Below are positions 36,867-46,360 of a stretch of 64,000 nucleotides of DNA, piece by piece; position 1 is the first letter of the stretch, and every line of letters starts with the position of its first letter. Source of the DNA: Kiritimatiellia bacterium (GTDB lineage: Bacteria; Verrucomicrobiota; Kiritimatiellia; RFP12; UBA1067). A program made the position numbers and the translations under genes. The notes beneath the pieces are model-generated. The model ran no database searches. It worked only from the letters and a program-made list of their open reading frames with translations, and was not told where the DNA came from. The stretch lies in the NCBI GenBank assembly GCA_017652705.1, contig JAGCAM010000079.1:11475-75474 (forward strand), in the 5' to 3' direction.

Positions 36867-37286
36867 TCAGGCGAAGGTGATGCGGCGGCTGTCGCCGAAG
36901 ATGCCGAACGCGACGCGGCGGGCGGAGGAGGGTATGAGAGACCCCGCCCGGTCCGGCCATTCCACCGCCAGAACCGCACCAGCGGCGAGATAATCCTCCC
37001 AGCCGACGGCGAGAACGTCTTCTTCGCCCCCGAGACGGTATAGGTCCATGTGAACGAGCGTAAGACCGTCTTCCGCCGGCGGGTGTTCCTGCACGATGCA
37101 GAACGTCGGGGAAGTTACGCGGCCGCGCACGCGCATCGCCGCCGCCAGCCCCTGTACGAAGGTGGTTTTGCCGGCGCCGAGGTCGCCTTCAAGGCAGACG
37201 ACGTCGCCGGGGCGCAGCCCCGCGGCGAACCGCCGCGCCAGTGCCCAGGTCGCTTCGGGCGACGCGGTCTCAAAGACACCCGTCAA
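36867..37286 (-). CDS. tsaE: tRNA threonylcarbamoyladenosine biosynthesis ATPase TsaE
   Basis: 139 aa with LEGDLGAGKTTFVQG, TSPTF and HMDLYRL. Confidence 0.9.
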   Translation of the reverse strand: MTGVFETASPEATWALARRFAAGLRPGDVVCLEGDLGAGKTTFVQGLAAAMRVRGRVTSPTFCIVQEHPPAEDGLTLVHMDLYRLGGEEDVLAVGWEDYLAAGAVLAVEWPDRAGSLIPSSARRVAFGIFGDSRRITFA

Positions 37287-38199
37287 CGGAAAGCTCCCTG
37301 AAACAGTATTCGAGGTACCGCGGCGAAAACGCCGAAGAGTGCGGAGTTGTGATGCAGTTGTCGAGCGCGGCGAGTTCGGCGGCGTTGGAACCGAACACCG
37401 GCAGCGTGACCGTGTGCTCGTTTTTTCTGACGTCGAGATACGCCCCGGCGATGCGGCGCGATTTCAGCGCGGCGTACAGCGCTTTTTCGTCGACGGAATT
37501 GCCGCGGCCGACGTTGATCACCACGGCGCGCCGGGGCAGCAGTCTCAGTTTCGCGGCGTCGAGATAATCATCGGTGCCGGTCGTGGACGGCAGCGCCATA
37601 ACCAGCCAGTCGGCGGCGGCGAACGATTTTTCAAGCGCCGCGCCGCGCACGCGGCGCCCGCCGCGGAAGACTCCGTGCGAGGTCACGCCGGTGACGTCCA
37701 CCCCGAGCGCCCCGAGTTTGGCGCCGATCGCCCTGCCGACGTTGCCGTAGCCCACGACAACCGCGCGGGTGCCGGCGACCTCCCGGCATTTGTCGGAGAG
37801 CTCCACCCTCGGCCACGGTTTACGGAGTTCGGGACGGAAAAAACCGTGCGCCCAGGCGAGAACGAACGCGGCGACCGATTCAGCCATGATCGCGCCATGG
37901 AAATGGCCGAAATGCATTTTCACGCGGTCGGGAGCCGATGACGGCAGCAGTTCGCGGCCGGCTGCCGGCGTGGCGAGCAGCACGAGACGCGGCGCGAGCC
38001 CGAACCATTCTTCCCGGAAGTTCCAGACGATCGCGTGGGTCGCTTCGGGCAGACGGCGCAGGAATTCGCGTTCGCCCCTCACCCTGACCACGCGCCCGCG
38101 TCCGCCGACGAGAGACTGCAGAACCGCGAGCGAAGCCGCATTGACGCGGAAGCATTTCTCCGGCCATTCCAGCCACACGAGATAGACGTTATTCGTCAA
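37270..38199 (-). CDS. D-isomer-specific 2-hydroxyacid dehydrogenase family protein
   Basis: 309 aa with an NAD site VVGYGNVGRAIGAKL and a C-terminal TPHSSA motif. Confidence 0.8.
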   Translation of the reverse strand: MTNNVYLVWLEWPEKCFRVNAASLAVLQSLVGGRGRVVRVRGEREFLRRLPEATHAIVWNFREEWFGLAPRLVLLATPAAGRELLPSSAPDRVKMHFGHFHGAIMAESVAAFVLAWAHGFFRPELRKPWPRVELSDKCREVAGTRAVVVGYGNVGRAIGAKLGALGVDVTGVTSHGVFRGGRRVRGAALEKSFAAADWLVMALPSTTGTDDYLDAAKLRLLPRRAVVINVGRGNSVDEKALYAALKSRRIAGAYLDVRKNEHTVTLPVFGSNAAELAALDNCITTPHSSAFSPRYLEYCFRELSVDGCL

Positions 38200-39874
38200 G
38201 CTGTCCCTTGTAAAAGACGCGCTTCACCTTGCCGATCGAGGTGCGGACGAGCGGCTCCTTCGAAACCACGACCTTTCTCACGCGCTTGTAGTCGGCGAGT
38301 TCGGCGCATTTCTCCTGCGCGCGTTTGACCGCGGTCTTTTCTATCTCCTCCCAGGGCGGCAGAACGCCGCCGTTCCGGCGCTTGAACCACTCTTCGTCCG
38401 GGTAGATTACCGCGCCCACTTTTTCGCCCGGATCGCCGCCATGTGTGTATCCGACCACGACGACATCCTGCACGGCGGGTTCCTTGGCGATCATGATTTC
38501 GACTTCTTCAGGGTAGATGTTCTTGCCTTCTCGGTTGACGATAAGCGCCTTTTTGCGCCCGCGGATGGTGATGAAACCGTCTTCGTCCATGGAAGCGAGA
38601 TCTCCGGTGCGCAGCCAGCGGCCGCCCGCTCCGTCGTCGTCGAAAGCTTCGGCGGAGGCTTCGGGATTGTGGAAGTAGCCCTTCATCACGATCGGGCCTT
38701 TGATCTGCAGTTCGCCCACGCCCTGATCGTTCTTGTCGGCGAGCCGCACTTCTATGCCCTTCACCGGCAGACCGATGGTGCCTACCTTGGGCAGCTCGGG
38801 CGGGCAGACCGAGACCACCGGCGAACATTCAGTAAGGCCGTACCCTTCGAGGAACCGCACGTGGATGCGGTTGAAACATTCAATGACATGCCGCGGACAC
38901 GGTGCGCCGCCGGTGATTATGAACCTCAGCCTGCCGCCGAGCTTAAGTTTCACCATGTGCATCACCGGCCCGCGCAGACCGATGCGCATCAGGAATCTGG
39001 CGAGTTTCGATTTGGCGAGGCCGTCCTCGATTTTGTCGTGCAGCTTCTCGGCGAGCAGCGGCACGGCGAGCAGAACGGTCGGTTTCAAGTCGTGGATGTC
39101 GCGGCCGACGGTGCGCAGCGACTGGTTGAAGTACATTTTCGCGCCGCAGTAAACCGGCACGACGAAATTGGTGGTGAACGAAAAGGCGTGGAAAAGCGGC
39201 AGCACCACGAAAAAAGAGTCGCCGCTGGAAAGCGGGGCCCCGAACCGGGCGACGGAGCCGACGACGTCCTGAACGAAATTGTCATTGGTCAGCATCGCCC
39301 CTTTTGGCCTGCCGGTGGTTCCGGATGTGTAAATGATCGAGGCCACGTCGGCGGGAGCCGACACGTTGGCGTCGTACCAGGCGCCGCCCCCGGCGACCTT
39401 CAGCCTGGCGTATTCGACGACGTCGACGCGGCCGAGTATGCGCTGGCCTTCGCGCACCAGCCCGTCGACGATGACAACGCCGCGTAGATCGGGCAGATTG
39501 CCGGCGATCGTCATGATCATGCGCAGATGGGCGGTGTCGGTGGTGACCACCCTCACGCGGGCGTCGCGCAGAATGTAGGCGACTTCGTCGTTGTGGAGCT
39601 TGGGGTCGATCGGCACCACGGCCACCCCCGCGCCGCTCTGCGCGAGATACGACTCAAGCCAGATCGGACCGTTCGGCAGAATGATCGCGGCGTTGTCTTC
39701 GCGCGGGACGAGCGAGAAGCGGGTTCCGTAGCCCTCGGCAACCTCGCGCACACCCCGCAGCATGTCGCCGTAGCCGATGGTTTTCCACACGCCGCCTTCG
39801 CAGTGTTTGACCGCCACGTTTTCCGGCGACGCCGCAGCCCATTTCTCAAGCAAACTTCTGATTGTCATAGTCAT
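38189..39874 (-). CDS. AMP-dependent acyl-CoA ligase (long-chain fatty acid--CoA ligase-like)
   Basis: The start is reset to MTMTIRSLLEKW (ATG at 39874), behind a TGGTAGAAT box. It has the AMP-binding motif IIYTSGTTGRPKGAMLT. Confidence 0.88.
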   Translation of the reverse strand: MTMTIRSLLEKWAAASPENVAVKHCEGGVWKTIGYGDMLRGVREVAEGYGTRFSLVPREDNAAIILPNGPIWLESYLAQSGAGVAVVPIDPKLHNDEVAYILRDARVRVVTTDTAHLRMIMTIAGNLPDLRGVVIVDGLVREGQRILGRVDVVEYARLKVAGGGAWYDANVSAPADVASIIYTSGTTGRPKGAMLTNDNFVQDVVGSVARFGAPLSSGDSFFVVLPLFHAFSFTTNFVVPVYCGAKMYFNQSLRTVGRDIHDLKPTVLLAVPLLAEKLHDKIEDGLAKSKLARFLMRIGLRGPVMHMVKLKLGGRLRFIITGGAPCPRHVIECFNRIHVRFLEGYGLTECSPVVSVCPPELPKVGTIGLPVKGIEVRLADKNDQGVGELQIKGPIVMKGYFHNPEASAEAFDDDGAGGRWLRTGDLASMDEDGFITIRGRKKALIVNREGKNIYPEEVEIMIAKEPAVQDVVVVGYTHGGDPGEKVGAVIYPDEEWFKRRNGGVLPPWEEIEKTAVKRAQEKCAELADYKRVRKVVVSKEPLVRTSIGKVKRVFYKGQLDE

Positions 39875-39887
39875 AACTGATGAGATT

Positions 39888-39896
39888 ATTCTACCA
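39888..39896 (-). promoter_or_regulatory. extended -10 box TGGTAGAAT, 13 nt from the ATG at 39874 (very short leader)
   Basis: The reverse complement of attctacca is TGGTAGAAT. Confidence 0.45.
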
Positions 39897-39921
39897 TTTT
39901 TAAGCTTGGTTGTCCAACCGT

Positions 39922-40455
39922 TCAACGGGCCGGATTCTCGAATTCCCTGACGACGTCAAGCAGCTGCTCGGCGAGATCGGGGTCTGCCTCGAAGAGGTTG
40001 ACGTTTTCGGAATAAGTGTAACTGGAAAGGTTCGCCTTGGCGGCGATGAACCGGTCGGTGACCTCTTTGCCGGCCGACTTGCCGGTTTTTTCACGGTCGA
40101 GCAGGCCGAAATTCACGAGATTCTGGAAAATATCGTTGGCGGCTTCGGGGGTGATCTGCAGACGATGGGATTTAATGTCGCTCCAGACGTCGCTATTATA
40201 GCGCTTCGCGAAATCGTTCGAGACGAGCTCGCTGGAGCCCTTTTTAACCTCCACGAGTCCGTTGCCGTAAATCATGACGGAGACTCTGCGCGCGGGTTCG
40301 CGGCGGAGATTGTAGTAATGTACGGCCACCCAGTTGAGGGAGCTTTGAGACACCGTTATGTAGGGGTCGACCCAGAACGGGCCGCAACCCTGCGGCAGAA
40401 CGGCGGCCGAGACGGCCAAGGCCAGCAATACGGCGGTCAGCGGCGGTTGGCGCAT
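39922..40455 (-). CDS. hypothetical lipoprotein
   Basis: The start is reset to MRQPPLTAVLLALAVSAAVLPQGC (lipobox). The 37-aa Arg-rich extension in the track overlaps coaX. I recognise no family. Confidence 0.6.
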   Translation of the reverse strand: MRQPPLTAVLLALAVSAAVLPQGCGPFWVDPYITVSQSSLNWVAVHYYNLRREPARRVSVMIYGNGLVEVKKGSSELVSNDFAKRYNSDVWSDIKSHRLQITPEAANDIFQNLVNFGLLDREKTGKSAGKEVTDRFIAAKANLSSYTYSENVNLFEADPDLAEQLLDVVREFENPAR

Positions 40456-41189
40456 ATCAGGCCGGCTCCGTGGAGAGTGAGGGTGGGATCGATCGTGAAC
40501 GGCAGATCGAGGTCTTTCAGCACCCAGCCGGCGAAACCTCCGGTGGCGACGAGCTTGAAGTCGCATCTGAAATTGCGGCGGAGCTGGGCCGCGATTTCAC
40601 GCACCATGCCGCGGTAGCCGACAAGGGCGCCGAAACGCATCGCGCCGGCGGTGGAACGGCCGATTTTCGGCGCCCGGCCGGCGCCGATTTTCATGCGCGG
40701 CAGTTTCGCCGCGCGTTCGAAAAGATAGTCGCGCATCAGAGGAAAGCCCGGCGCGATCACCCCGCCGCGCCAAACCCGGTCGCCGGTGACTACCGCCGCG
40801 GTAAGGGCGGTGCCGAAGTCCATCACCAGCACCGGGGCGCCGTAGCGCGAAACTGCGCCGGCGGCGTCGGCGAGACGGTCGGCGCCGATCGTAGCGGGGT
40901 TCGGGTAGTCGAGAACTATCGAAGCGCCGCCGACGCGCCTTGTGAAATCCCGGTGCGACACCGGTTTGAAGTCGAAACCTGCCCGGGCCGAAAACTCGGC
41001 CCAGGCGCGGTCCGCCGCGGGCACGACCGAGACGTAGGCGAAGCGCTCGGCTTTCGGCGCGAGGCGCGACGCGGCGGCGATCGCCGCGTCACCAGCTCCG
41101 TCGAAGTGCTTCACGCAGCTCACACGGCCGTCGGACCACAGTCCAACGGCCGTCGAGGTGTTGCCCACGTCTGCGACGAGAACCCTCAC
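40437..41189 (-). CDS. coaX: type III pantothenate kinase
   Basis: It has a GTG start (VRVLVADVGNTST) in a GTGA overlap with the upstream stop. It has the ATIGADR and ATGG motifs. Confidence 0.88.
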   Translation of the reverse strand: MRVLVADVGNTSTAVGLWSDGRVSCVKHFDGAGDAAIAAASRLAPKAERFAYVSVVPAADRAWAEFSARAGFDFKPVSHRDFTRRVGGASIVLDYPNPATIGADRLADAAGAVSRYGAPVLVMDFGTALTAAVVTGDRVWRGGVIAPGFPLMRDYLFERAAKLPRMKIGAGRAPKIGRSTAGAMRFGALVGYRGMVREIAAQLRRNFRCDFKLVATGGFAGWVLKDLDLPFTIDPTLTLHGAGLICANRR

Positions 41190-42688
41190 AGCGCCTTGAT
41201 GAAGATGTTGCGCCACTCGGTCGGATCGCCGTGGCACTGCAGCTCGATCTGCTCGCTCGCCGGCACCGGTTTGTCCCGCTGCCACAGGTTTTCAAGCACG
41301 GTGTTGTCGACGACGAGTTCGCCGTTCAGCCAAACCGACACCTTGTCACCGCGCATGATCACGTGGAAACGATTCCAGTCGCCCACCTGCCGGTCGGCGA
41401 TTTTAAGTGCCTTCGAGAGATTGCCGGTCTTGGCCGTGTTGTTGTTGTAAAGGCCGCCGGAACCGATGTGCCACTGGTTGTGGGCGTCCCAGATCTGCAC
41501 CTGGGGCACACCGCGGAGGTAAAGCCCCGAGTCGCCGGTGATGGACATGATGCGCCAGTCGCACCACATTTCGAAATCGCCGTAATTGCGCTTGGTGGCG
41601 AGGGAATATCCGCCGCGGTAGCCGTCGAAGAAGAGGTTGCCGTTCCTGACATGCCAGTGCTCGTCGCGGCCCTTGTCGGCGATTTTCTGCATTTCGGCGT
41701 TCTTTTCGGCGGTGGCGGCCGCGCGCGTCGCGGGCTTGTCGAAACCGCCTTCGGTCGTGACGCCCTTCCACATCTTAGCGATCTGGCCGGGGCAGCCGTC
41801 GAAGTAGGTCTCGAAACCGGCGGGCGCGGCCATCTTCTGACGCGGACAGACTTCGCCCATCTTCGCGTCGTCGGGAAGCGGCTTGATGCGGATGTTCTTC
41901 CATTTCACGTTGCTGCCGTGGCCGAGCCAGCCGATGCGGCCGCGCCGGTTGTGGAGACCGGGGTGTTTGCAGTGGTCGGGAGTGTCGCCGTCGCCCTTGA
42001 ATTTCGAGAGGTCGGCCTTGGTGATCAGATAGCCGTTGAGATAAACCTCGATCTCGCTGCCGATGACCTTGACTTCCTCGAAATTCCACATGCCGGGTTT
42101 GCGCACGTAGCTGCCGCCGCCGGTGAAGTTTTTCTCCTTGCCCCAGATCTGCTTGTCGACGTTGTCGCGCAAAGACGGCACTACGCCGTAGACCGAACCG
42201 GTGTACTGGTAGGGCTTAAGCTTGTCGACCTTGTTCGAAGCGTCGTAGTAACTCGAACCGCCGTCGTCGAGCAGCTGCAGCTCGCACATCGCGTGGTACG
42301 CCGCGTCCTTGTCGGGGTCGGAGATGCGTATGCCGAGACCGTTGTTGCCGTTCGGCGGCATGGCGAACTCGAAGCGGAGTATGAAATTGCCGAACTCCTT
42401 CGCGGTGACGAGATCGCCGCGCTGACCCGGGGGCAGTTTGCGGTCGGGGAAGCACTGCAGCACCCCCGGTTCCTTCGGATCTACCCCGTACATGGCGGTG
42501 GCGCCCTGCCACCCCTCGAGGTCGTAGCCGTTGAAGAGCGACACGAAACCTTCGTTCACCGAATCGGGATAGACCCGTCCGCACTCGCAGGAAGGCGCAC
42601 ACGCGCCCTTCTCCGCGCTGTTCAAACCGCAGCAACCCGCGGTCGCCAGAACCGCGGCGCCCGCCGCGGCGATAGTTTTGATTTTCAT
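41186..42688 (-). CDS. lipoprotein with two DUF1080 (3-keto-disaccharide hydrolase-like) domains
   Basis: The ATG at 42688 (MKIKTIAAAG..LATAGCCG) has an SD GGAGGA and an ATGA overlap with the nadC stop. The block FVSLFNGYDLEGW...GNNGLGIR occurs twice. Confidence 0.8.
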   Translation of the reverse strand: MKIKTIAAAGAAVLATAGCCGLNSAEKGACAPSCECGRVYPDSVNEGFVSLFNGYDLEGWQGATAMYGVDPKEPGVLQCFPDRKLPPGQRGDLVTAKEFGNFILRFEFAMPPNGNNGLGIRISDPDKDAAYHAMCELQLLDDGGSSYYDASNKVDKLKPYQYTGSVYGVVPSLRDNVDKQIWGKEKNFTGGGSYVRKPGMWNFEEVKVIGSEIEVYLNGYLITKADLSKFKGDGDTPDHCKHPGLHNRRGRIGWLGHGSNVKWKNIRIKPLPDDAKMGEVCPRQKMAAPAGFETYFDGCPGQIAKMWKGVTTEGGFDKPATRAAATAEKNAEMQKIADKGRDEHWHVRNGNLFFDGYRGGYSLATKRNYGDFEMWCDWRIMSITGDSGLYLRGVPQVQIWDAHNQWHIGSGGLYNNNTAKTGNLSKALKIADRQVGDWNRFHVIMRGDKVSVWLNGELVVDNTVLENLWQRDKPVPASEQIELQCHGDPTEWRNIFIKAL

Positions 42689-43590
42689 TTTGTCCTCCAT
42701 TCCAATGTTAAATCTATGGAACCCGCCGAGTGGGTGAGGCAGCCGAGGGATATGGCCGTCACGCCGGTCGCGGCGACTTTGCGGGCGGTCGCCAGGGTGA
42801 TGCCGCCGGACGCCTCGGTCTTAACTCTGCCGCGGCACATGGCGACGCAGCGCTTCATGTCCGCGCACGACATGTTGTCGAGCATGATCCATTCCGGCAG
42901 CGCCTTGAGGGCGCTCGCGCACTCGCGCGGCGTTTCAACCTCCACCTCCACCGCGAGCCGCGGAAACTTCTTTCTGGCGGCGGCGACGGCGAGGTCAAGC
43001 GCGTCGGGATCGCCGCCGCGCCAGAGCCGGCGGTGGTTGTCTTTGATCAGCACCCGGTCGAACATGCCGAACCGGTGGTTCGAACCTCCGCCGCACAGAA
43101 CGGCGTATTTGTCGAACATCCTGAGCCCGGGGGTGGTCTTGCGGGTGTCGAGTATGACCGTGCCGTAGTGCGCCGTGGCGTCGACGAACTTCTTCGTGAG
43201 CGTGGCCGTCGCGCACATCCGCTGCATGAAATTGAGCGCGGTCCGCTCCGCCGCGAGAATCGATCTCGCTCTGCCGCGGAAGACGAGAATCGGCTCGCCG
43301 CCGCGCACCGTTGAGCCGTCCTTTTTGAGTATCCGCACTTTCACGGCATGATCCACCGCCTTGAAAACCGCAGCGGCCACGGTCGCGCCGGCGACGACGC
43401 AGCCGGCCCCTCGCGCGTATATCTCGCCGTCGGCGAAGACGTTCTCCGGCACCAGCGCCTCCGAAGTCGCGTCAATGCGCCGCCGGGACGCCGAACCGCG
43501 GCCTCCGGGCACGAGGTCTTCGTCCAGCGCGCGCAGGACGGCCTCTTTGGCCGGCGCGGAGCGCATAACGTCCTTCATCTTCGCGGCCAT
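42685..43590 (-). CDS. nadC: nicotinate-nucleotide diphosphorylase (carboxylating)
   Basis: 301 aa with AERTALNFMQRM, LDTRKTTPGLR and LIKDNH. Confidence 0.92.
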   Translation of the reverse strand: MAAKMKDVMRSAPAKEAVLRALDEDLVPGGRGSASRRRIDATSEALVPENVFADGEIYARGAGCVVAGATVAAAVFKAVDHAVKVRILKKDGSTVRGGEPILVFRGRARSILAAERTALNFMQRMCATATLTKKFVDATAHYGTVILDTRKTTPGLRMFDKYAVLCGGGSNHRFGMFDRVLIKDNHRRLWRGGDPDALDLAVAAARKKFPRLAVEVEVETPRECASALKALPEWIMLDNMSCADMKRCVAMCRGRVKTEASGGITLATARKVAATGVTAISLGCLTHSAGSIDLTLEWRTK

Positions 43591-43591
43591 C

Positions 43592-43807
43592 TCAGGCGGG
43601 CATCAGAAATTCCCAATGCTGCCAGAGAATGTAAGTCAGAATGCCGGCTGCGGCGAGGGCGATCAGCCCCGCGACGCCGGCGCAGGCCGCCGCCTTGCCG
43701 CCCCCTGACTTGCGCACGGTCGCGGGGTCGACGGGGTCGAGCCGCAGACGGTCCGCGATTGACACCCCGCCGGGCGCCTTGACCTTCATCGTCTTTTTTA
43801 TTTTCAT
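43592..43807 (-). CDS. hypothetical 71-aa protein with one C-terminal transmembrane helix
   Basis: The N-terminus is Lys-rich, followed by AAACAGVAGLIALAAAGILTYILW. Its stop lies 1 nt before the nadC start, and its ATG lies 6 nt from a TGGTATAAT box. Confidence 0.5.
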   Translation of the reverse strand: MKIKKTMKVKAPGGVSIADRLRLDPVDPATVRKSGGGKAAACAGVAGLIALAAAGILTYILWQHWEFLMPA

Positions 43808-43813
43808 GTCTTC

Positions 43814-43843
43814 ATTATACCACTAATCGCCGCCGGAAATCAA
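43814..43843 (-). promoter_or_regulatory. promoter TTGATT-N18-TATAAT with TG, 6 nt from the ATG at 43807 (leaderless candidate)
   Basis: The extended -10 is attatacca at 43814-43822 (RC TGGTATAAT). The -35 is aatcaa at 43838-43843 (RC TTGATT), located in the loop of the adjacent hairpin. Confidence 0.5.
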
Positions 43844-43855
43844 CCCGGCGGCGAT
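43826..43855 (-). terminator. perfect 11-bp stem-loop, 20 nt after the TIM-barrel gene stop
   Basis: atcgccgccgg-aaatcaac-ccggcggcgat. There is no U-tract, and it overlaps the -35/spacer of the next promoter. Confidence 0.4.
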
Positions 43856-43875
43856 CGTGGTTTGCGGAATCACGC

Positions 43876-44868
43876 TCAGCGGAACCCCTTGTTCCGCAGG
43901 AATTGGTAGCTCGGCAGCACCGCCGAGAGGTCTTCGAAGTGGCGTTCGCACTCGACCACGTACCACTTGACCCCGTCGGCTTCTGTCGCCACGATGAGCC
44001 CGTCCCAGTCGACCGGGACTGCCCCGGGCCTGCCGGGCTGGCCGAGAATGGCGTCGAACTCTTTGACGTCCTTGCCCATGCCGTTCTCCTTAGCGTGGAT
44101 CGTGGGCGAGCGGTGCGGGTATTTGCGGAACTGCTCCTTGGGGTCGACGCCCGCGCAGGTGGACCAGCCGACATCCTGCTCCATGCAGACGTTCTGGCTG
44201 GTGTTGGAGAAGAAATAATCCCAGAACGAAGTGCCGTCGGTCATCTTGATGCCGTGTTCCCACGTGTGGTTGTGCAGGCCGATGCGGCAGCCGTACTTCG
44301 CCGCGACTTCGGCGCCCTTGTTGTAGAGTTCGACGAGACGCTTGGTGAATTCGTCGATCTCCTTCGTCGGCTGGCAGGTTTCGCCGCCCTGGCCGGTGGA
44401 CCATTTCGCGCCCGGGGGAATGTTGCCGCCGCCGGGGCAGATGATGAGGTTGTTGCCGTAGGCGAGGTTGAAATCGCACGTCGCCTTCATCACGTCGGGG
44501 TTGAACGACCATTCTGCGGTGTTGAAACCGAATTCGCCGTTGCCGACGTGGGTTCCGCAGGCGACGAGCCCGCTGTCGGCGAGCATCTTGCGCAGCGCGA
44601 TCGCGTCGTTGCCGTAGTAGCCGGCGAATTCCACGCCGGTGTAGCCGATCGCCGCGACGTCGTCGAGCGCCTTGGCGAGACCGGCGGCGGGAACAGTTTC
44701 CTTGCCGTCCTTGTCTTTTCTGCCGCCGATGTAGGCGTGGATGGAGTAGAGCTGCAGCGCGAGCCGCGCCTGAAGGGATCTGCCGCTAGAGCAGATGCAG
44801 CCCGGCAGCGCGACCGCGGCTCCGCCGGCGCCGATCGCCGACAGAAACTGTCTTCTTGATACGTTCAT
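43876..44868 (-). CDS. TAT-exported xylose-isomerase-like TIM-barrel protein (sugar phosphate isomerase/epimerase family), lipoprotein
   Basis: 330 aa with a twin-arginine signal MNVSRRQFLSAIGAGGAAVALPGC. It has the AP endonuclease 2/xylose isomerase-like layout. Confidence 0.8.
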   Translation of the reverse strand: MNVSRRQFLSAIGAGGAAVALPGCICSSGRSLQARLALQLYSIHAYIGGRKDKDGKETVPAAGLAKALDDVAAIGYTGVEFAGYYGNDAIALRKMLADSGLVACGTHVGNGEFGFNTAEWSFNPDVMKATCDFNLAYGNNLIICPGGGNIPPGAKWSTGQGGETCQPTKEIDEFTKRLVELYNKGAEVAAKYGCRIGLHNHTWEHGIKMTDGTSFWDYFFSNTSQNVCMEQDVGWSTCAGVDPKEQFRKYPHRSPTIHAKENGMGKDVKEFDAILGQPGRPGAVPVDWDGLIVATEADGVKWYVVECERHFEDLSAVLPSYQFLRNKGFR

Positions 44869-44917
44869 CTTTATTTTCCTTTCTTTTATTTTGGGTGAAT
44901 CTGGTCAAATCCTGTTG

Positions 44918-46315
44918 TCACCAGCCGGAGAGACGCGGCAGATTGAGCCGCCCGTTGGCCGGGGTCGATCCGTCGAACCTGCCGGCGGAGGCGTTCCAGA
45001 CAAGCTTTTTGCCCGAGTCGAAGAGCGCCGCGACGCCGAGCAGCGAACACTGCGTCATCGCGCCGGCGTACACGAAATCGCTGCCGACTTTCGGCCCGCC
45101 CGCGACAGCCCTCACGAACTCGATGTACGGCTTGTCGTCGGGTGCGTCGCCCGGTATGCGCTCGTACTTGCGCGGGGGCAGCGCGTTGTCGGCGCGCATC
45201 TTTTCAAGAGTGCGGTCCGGCAGCAGCCGCAGGAAGTTCGCCCCGTGGTGGCCGTACTCGATCACCCCCTTCGTGCCGTAGACGAACGCGCCGTTGCACA
45301 TCCAGTTGCGGCCGGCGCGGGCCTCCTTGCTGTTGTACGGCGGAAAGTACTTCATGTCGTCAAGATACTGCGAAGGCTTCGGCACGTCTTTGCACGCGAC
45401 GCCGTCGTACCATACGAGCTTGAACGGTTTGCCGTCCGGCTTCGTGTAGCAAAACGTCGTCTTCACCCCTTTGGGGAACGTGTCACCGTGAACTTCGGGC
45501 CGCCAAGAACCAACCACGTCGGCCTGCACGCTCAAAGGCAGACCGAAGCCGAACGTCCAGAAAATCGGATCCATCAGATGGCAGCTCCAGTCGCCCAGCG
45601 TGTTGCAGCCGTACATCGTCCAGCACCGCCACGTTCCCGGACAGTACTTCGGGTAGTACGGCCGGTGCGGAACCGGCCCCTGCCACTGGTTCCAGTCGAG
45701 CGTGGATGGAACCTCCCACTTCTTTTTGAGCTCGGCGAGGTCGTCCATGTACGAATACACGGCCGGGCACCAGATGTGCGCCTCGGTGACTTCCCCGATG
45801 AGCCCGGCTTCAATCCATTCGCGGAAGTCGCGGATGGTGTCGAAGGCGTGGCCCTGGTTCATCGCCTGGGTGACGAGTTTCGGATTCTCCTTCGCCGCCT
45901 TGAGCATCGACTCCATTTCACTGAAGCTCTGGCAAAGCGGCTTTTCGCACTGCACGTGCTTGCCCCGCTTCAGGCATTCGACCGCCATGGTGGCGTGCCA
46001 GTGGTCGGGCGTGCCGATCAGCACCGCGTCGATGTCGCGGTCCATTTTGTCGAGCATGGTGCGGTAGTGGGAAAAGAACGGCACGGCGGAGTGGGCCTTG
46101 CGCATCGCCTCGCTGCGCTTGAGGTCGACGTCGCAGAGCGCCACGAACTTCGCGCCGGCTTTTTCCAGCCCGCGCATGTCGTCGGCAGGTCGGCCCCCGC
46201 AGCCGATCGCCGCCATCTGCACCGTCTCATTGGCGCGGTAGGCAGTCGCACAGCCAGAAAATATCATCGGGAACCCGAACGCCGAAGCGCCCCGTATGAA
46301 TTCACGTCTGTTCAT
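44918..46315 (-). CDS. TAT-exported Gfo/Idh/MocA oxidoreductase, lipoprotein
   Basis: 465 aa with MNRREFIRGASAFGFPMIFSGC, a Rossmann MAAIGCGGR, TPDHWH and CEKPL. Confidence 0.85.
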   Translation of the reverse strand: MNRREFIRGASAFGFPMIFSGCATAYRANETVQMAAIGCGGRPADDMRGLEKAGAKFVALCDVDLKRSEAMRKAHSAVPFFSHYRTMLDKMDRDIDAVLIGTPDHWHATMAVECLKRGKHVQCEKPLCQSFSEMESMLKAAKENPKLVTQAMNQGHAFDTIRDFREWIEAGLIGEVTEAHIWCPAVYSYMDDLAELKKKWEVPSTLDWNQWQGPVPHRPYYPKYCPGTWRCWTMYGCNTLGDWSCHLMDPIFWTFGFGLPLSVQADVVGSWRPEVHGDTFPKGVKTTFCYTKPDGKPFKLVWYDGVACKDVPKPSQYLDDMKYFPPYNSKEARAGRNWMCNGAFVYGTKGVIEYGHHGANFLRLLPDRTLEKMRADNALPPRKYERIPGDAPDDKPYIEFVRAVAGGPKVGSDFVYAGAMTQCSLLGVAALFDSGKKLVWNASAGRFDGSTPANGRLNLPRLSGW

Positions 46316-46360
46316 GTTGTTTTATCTCCTTTACCGGTTATGAAATCGACGACATCGGCG

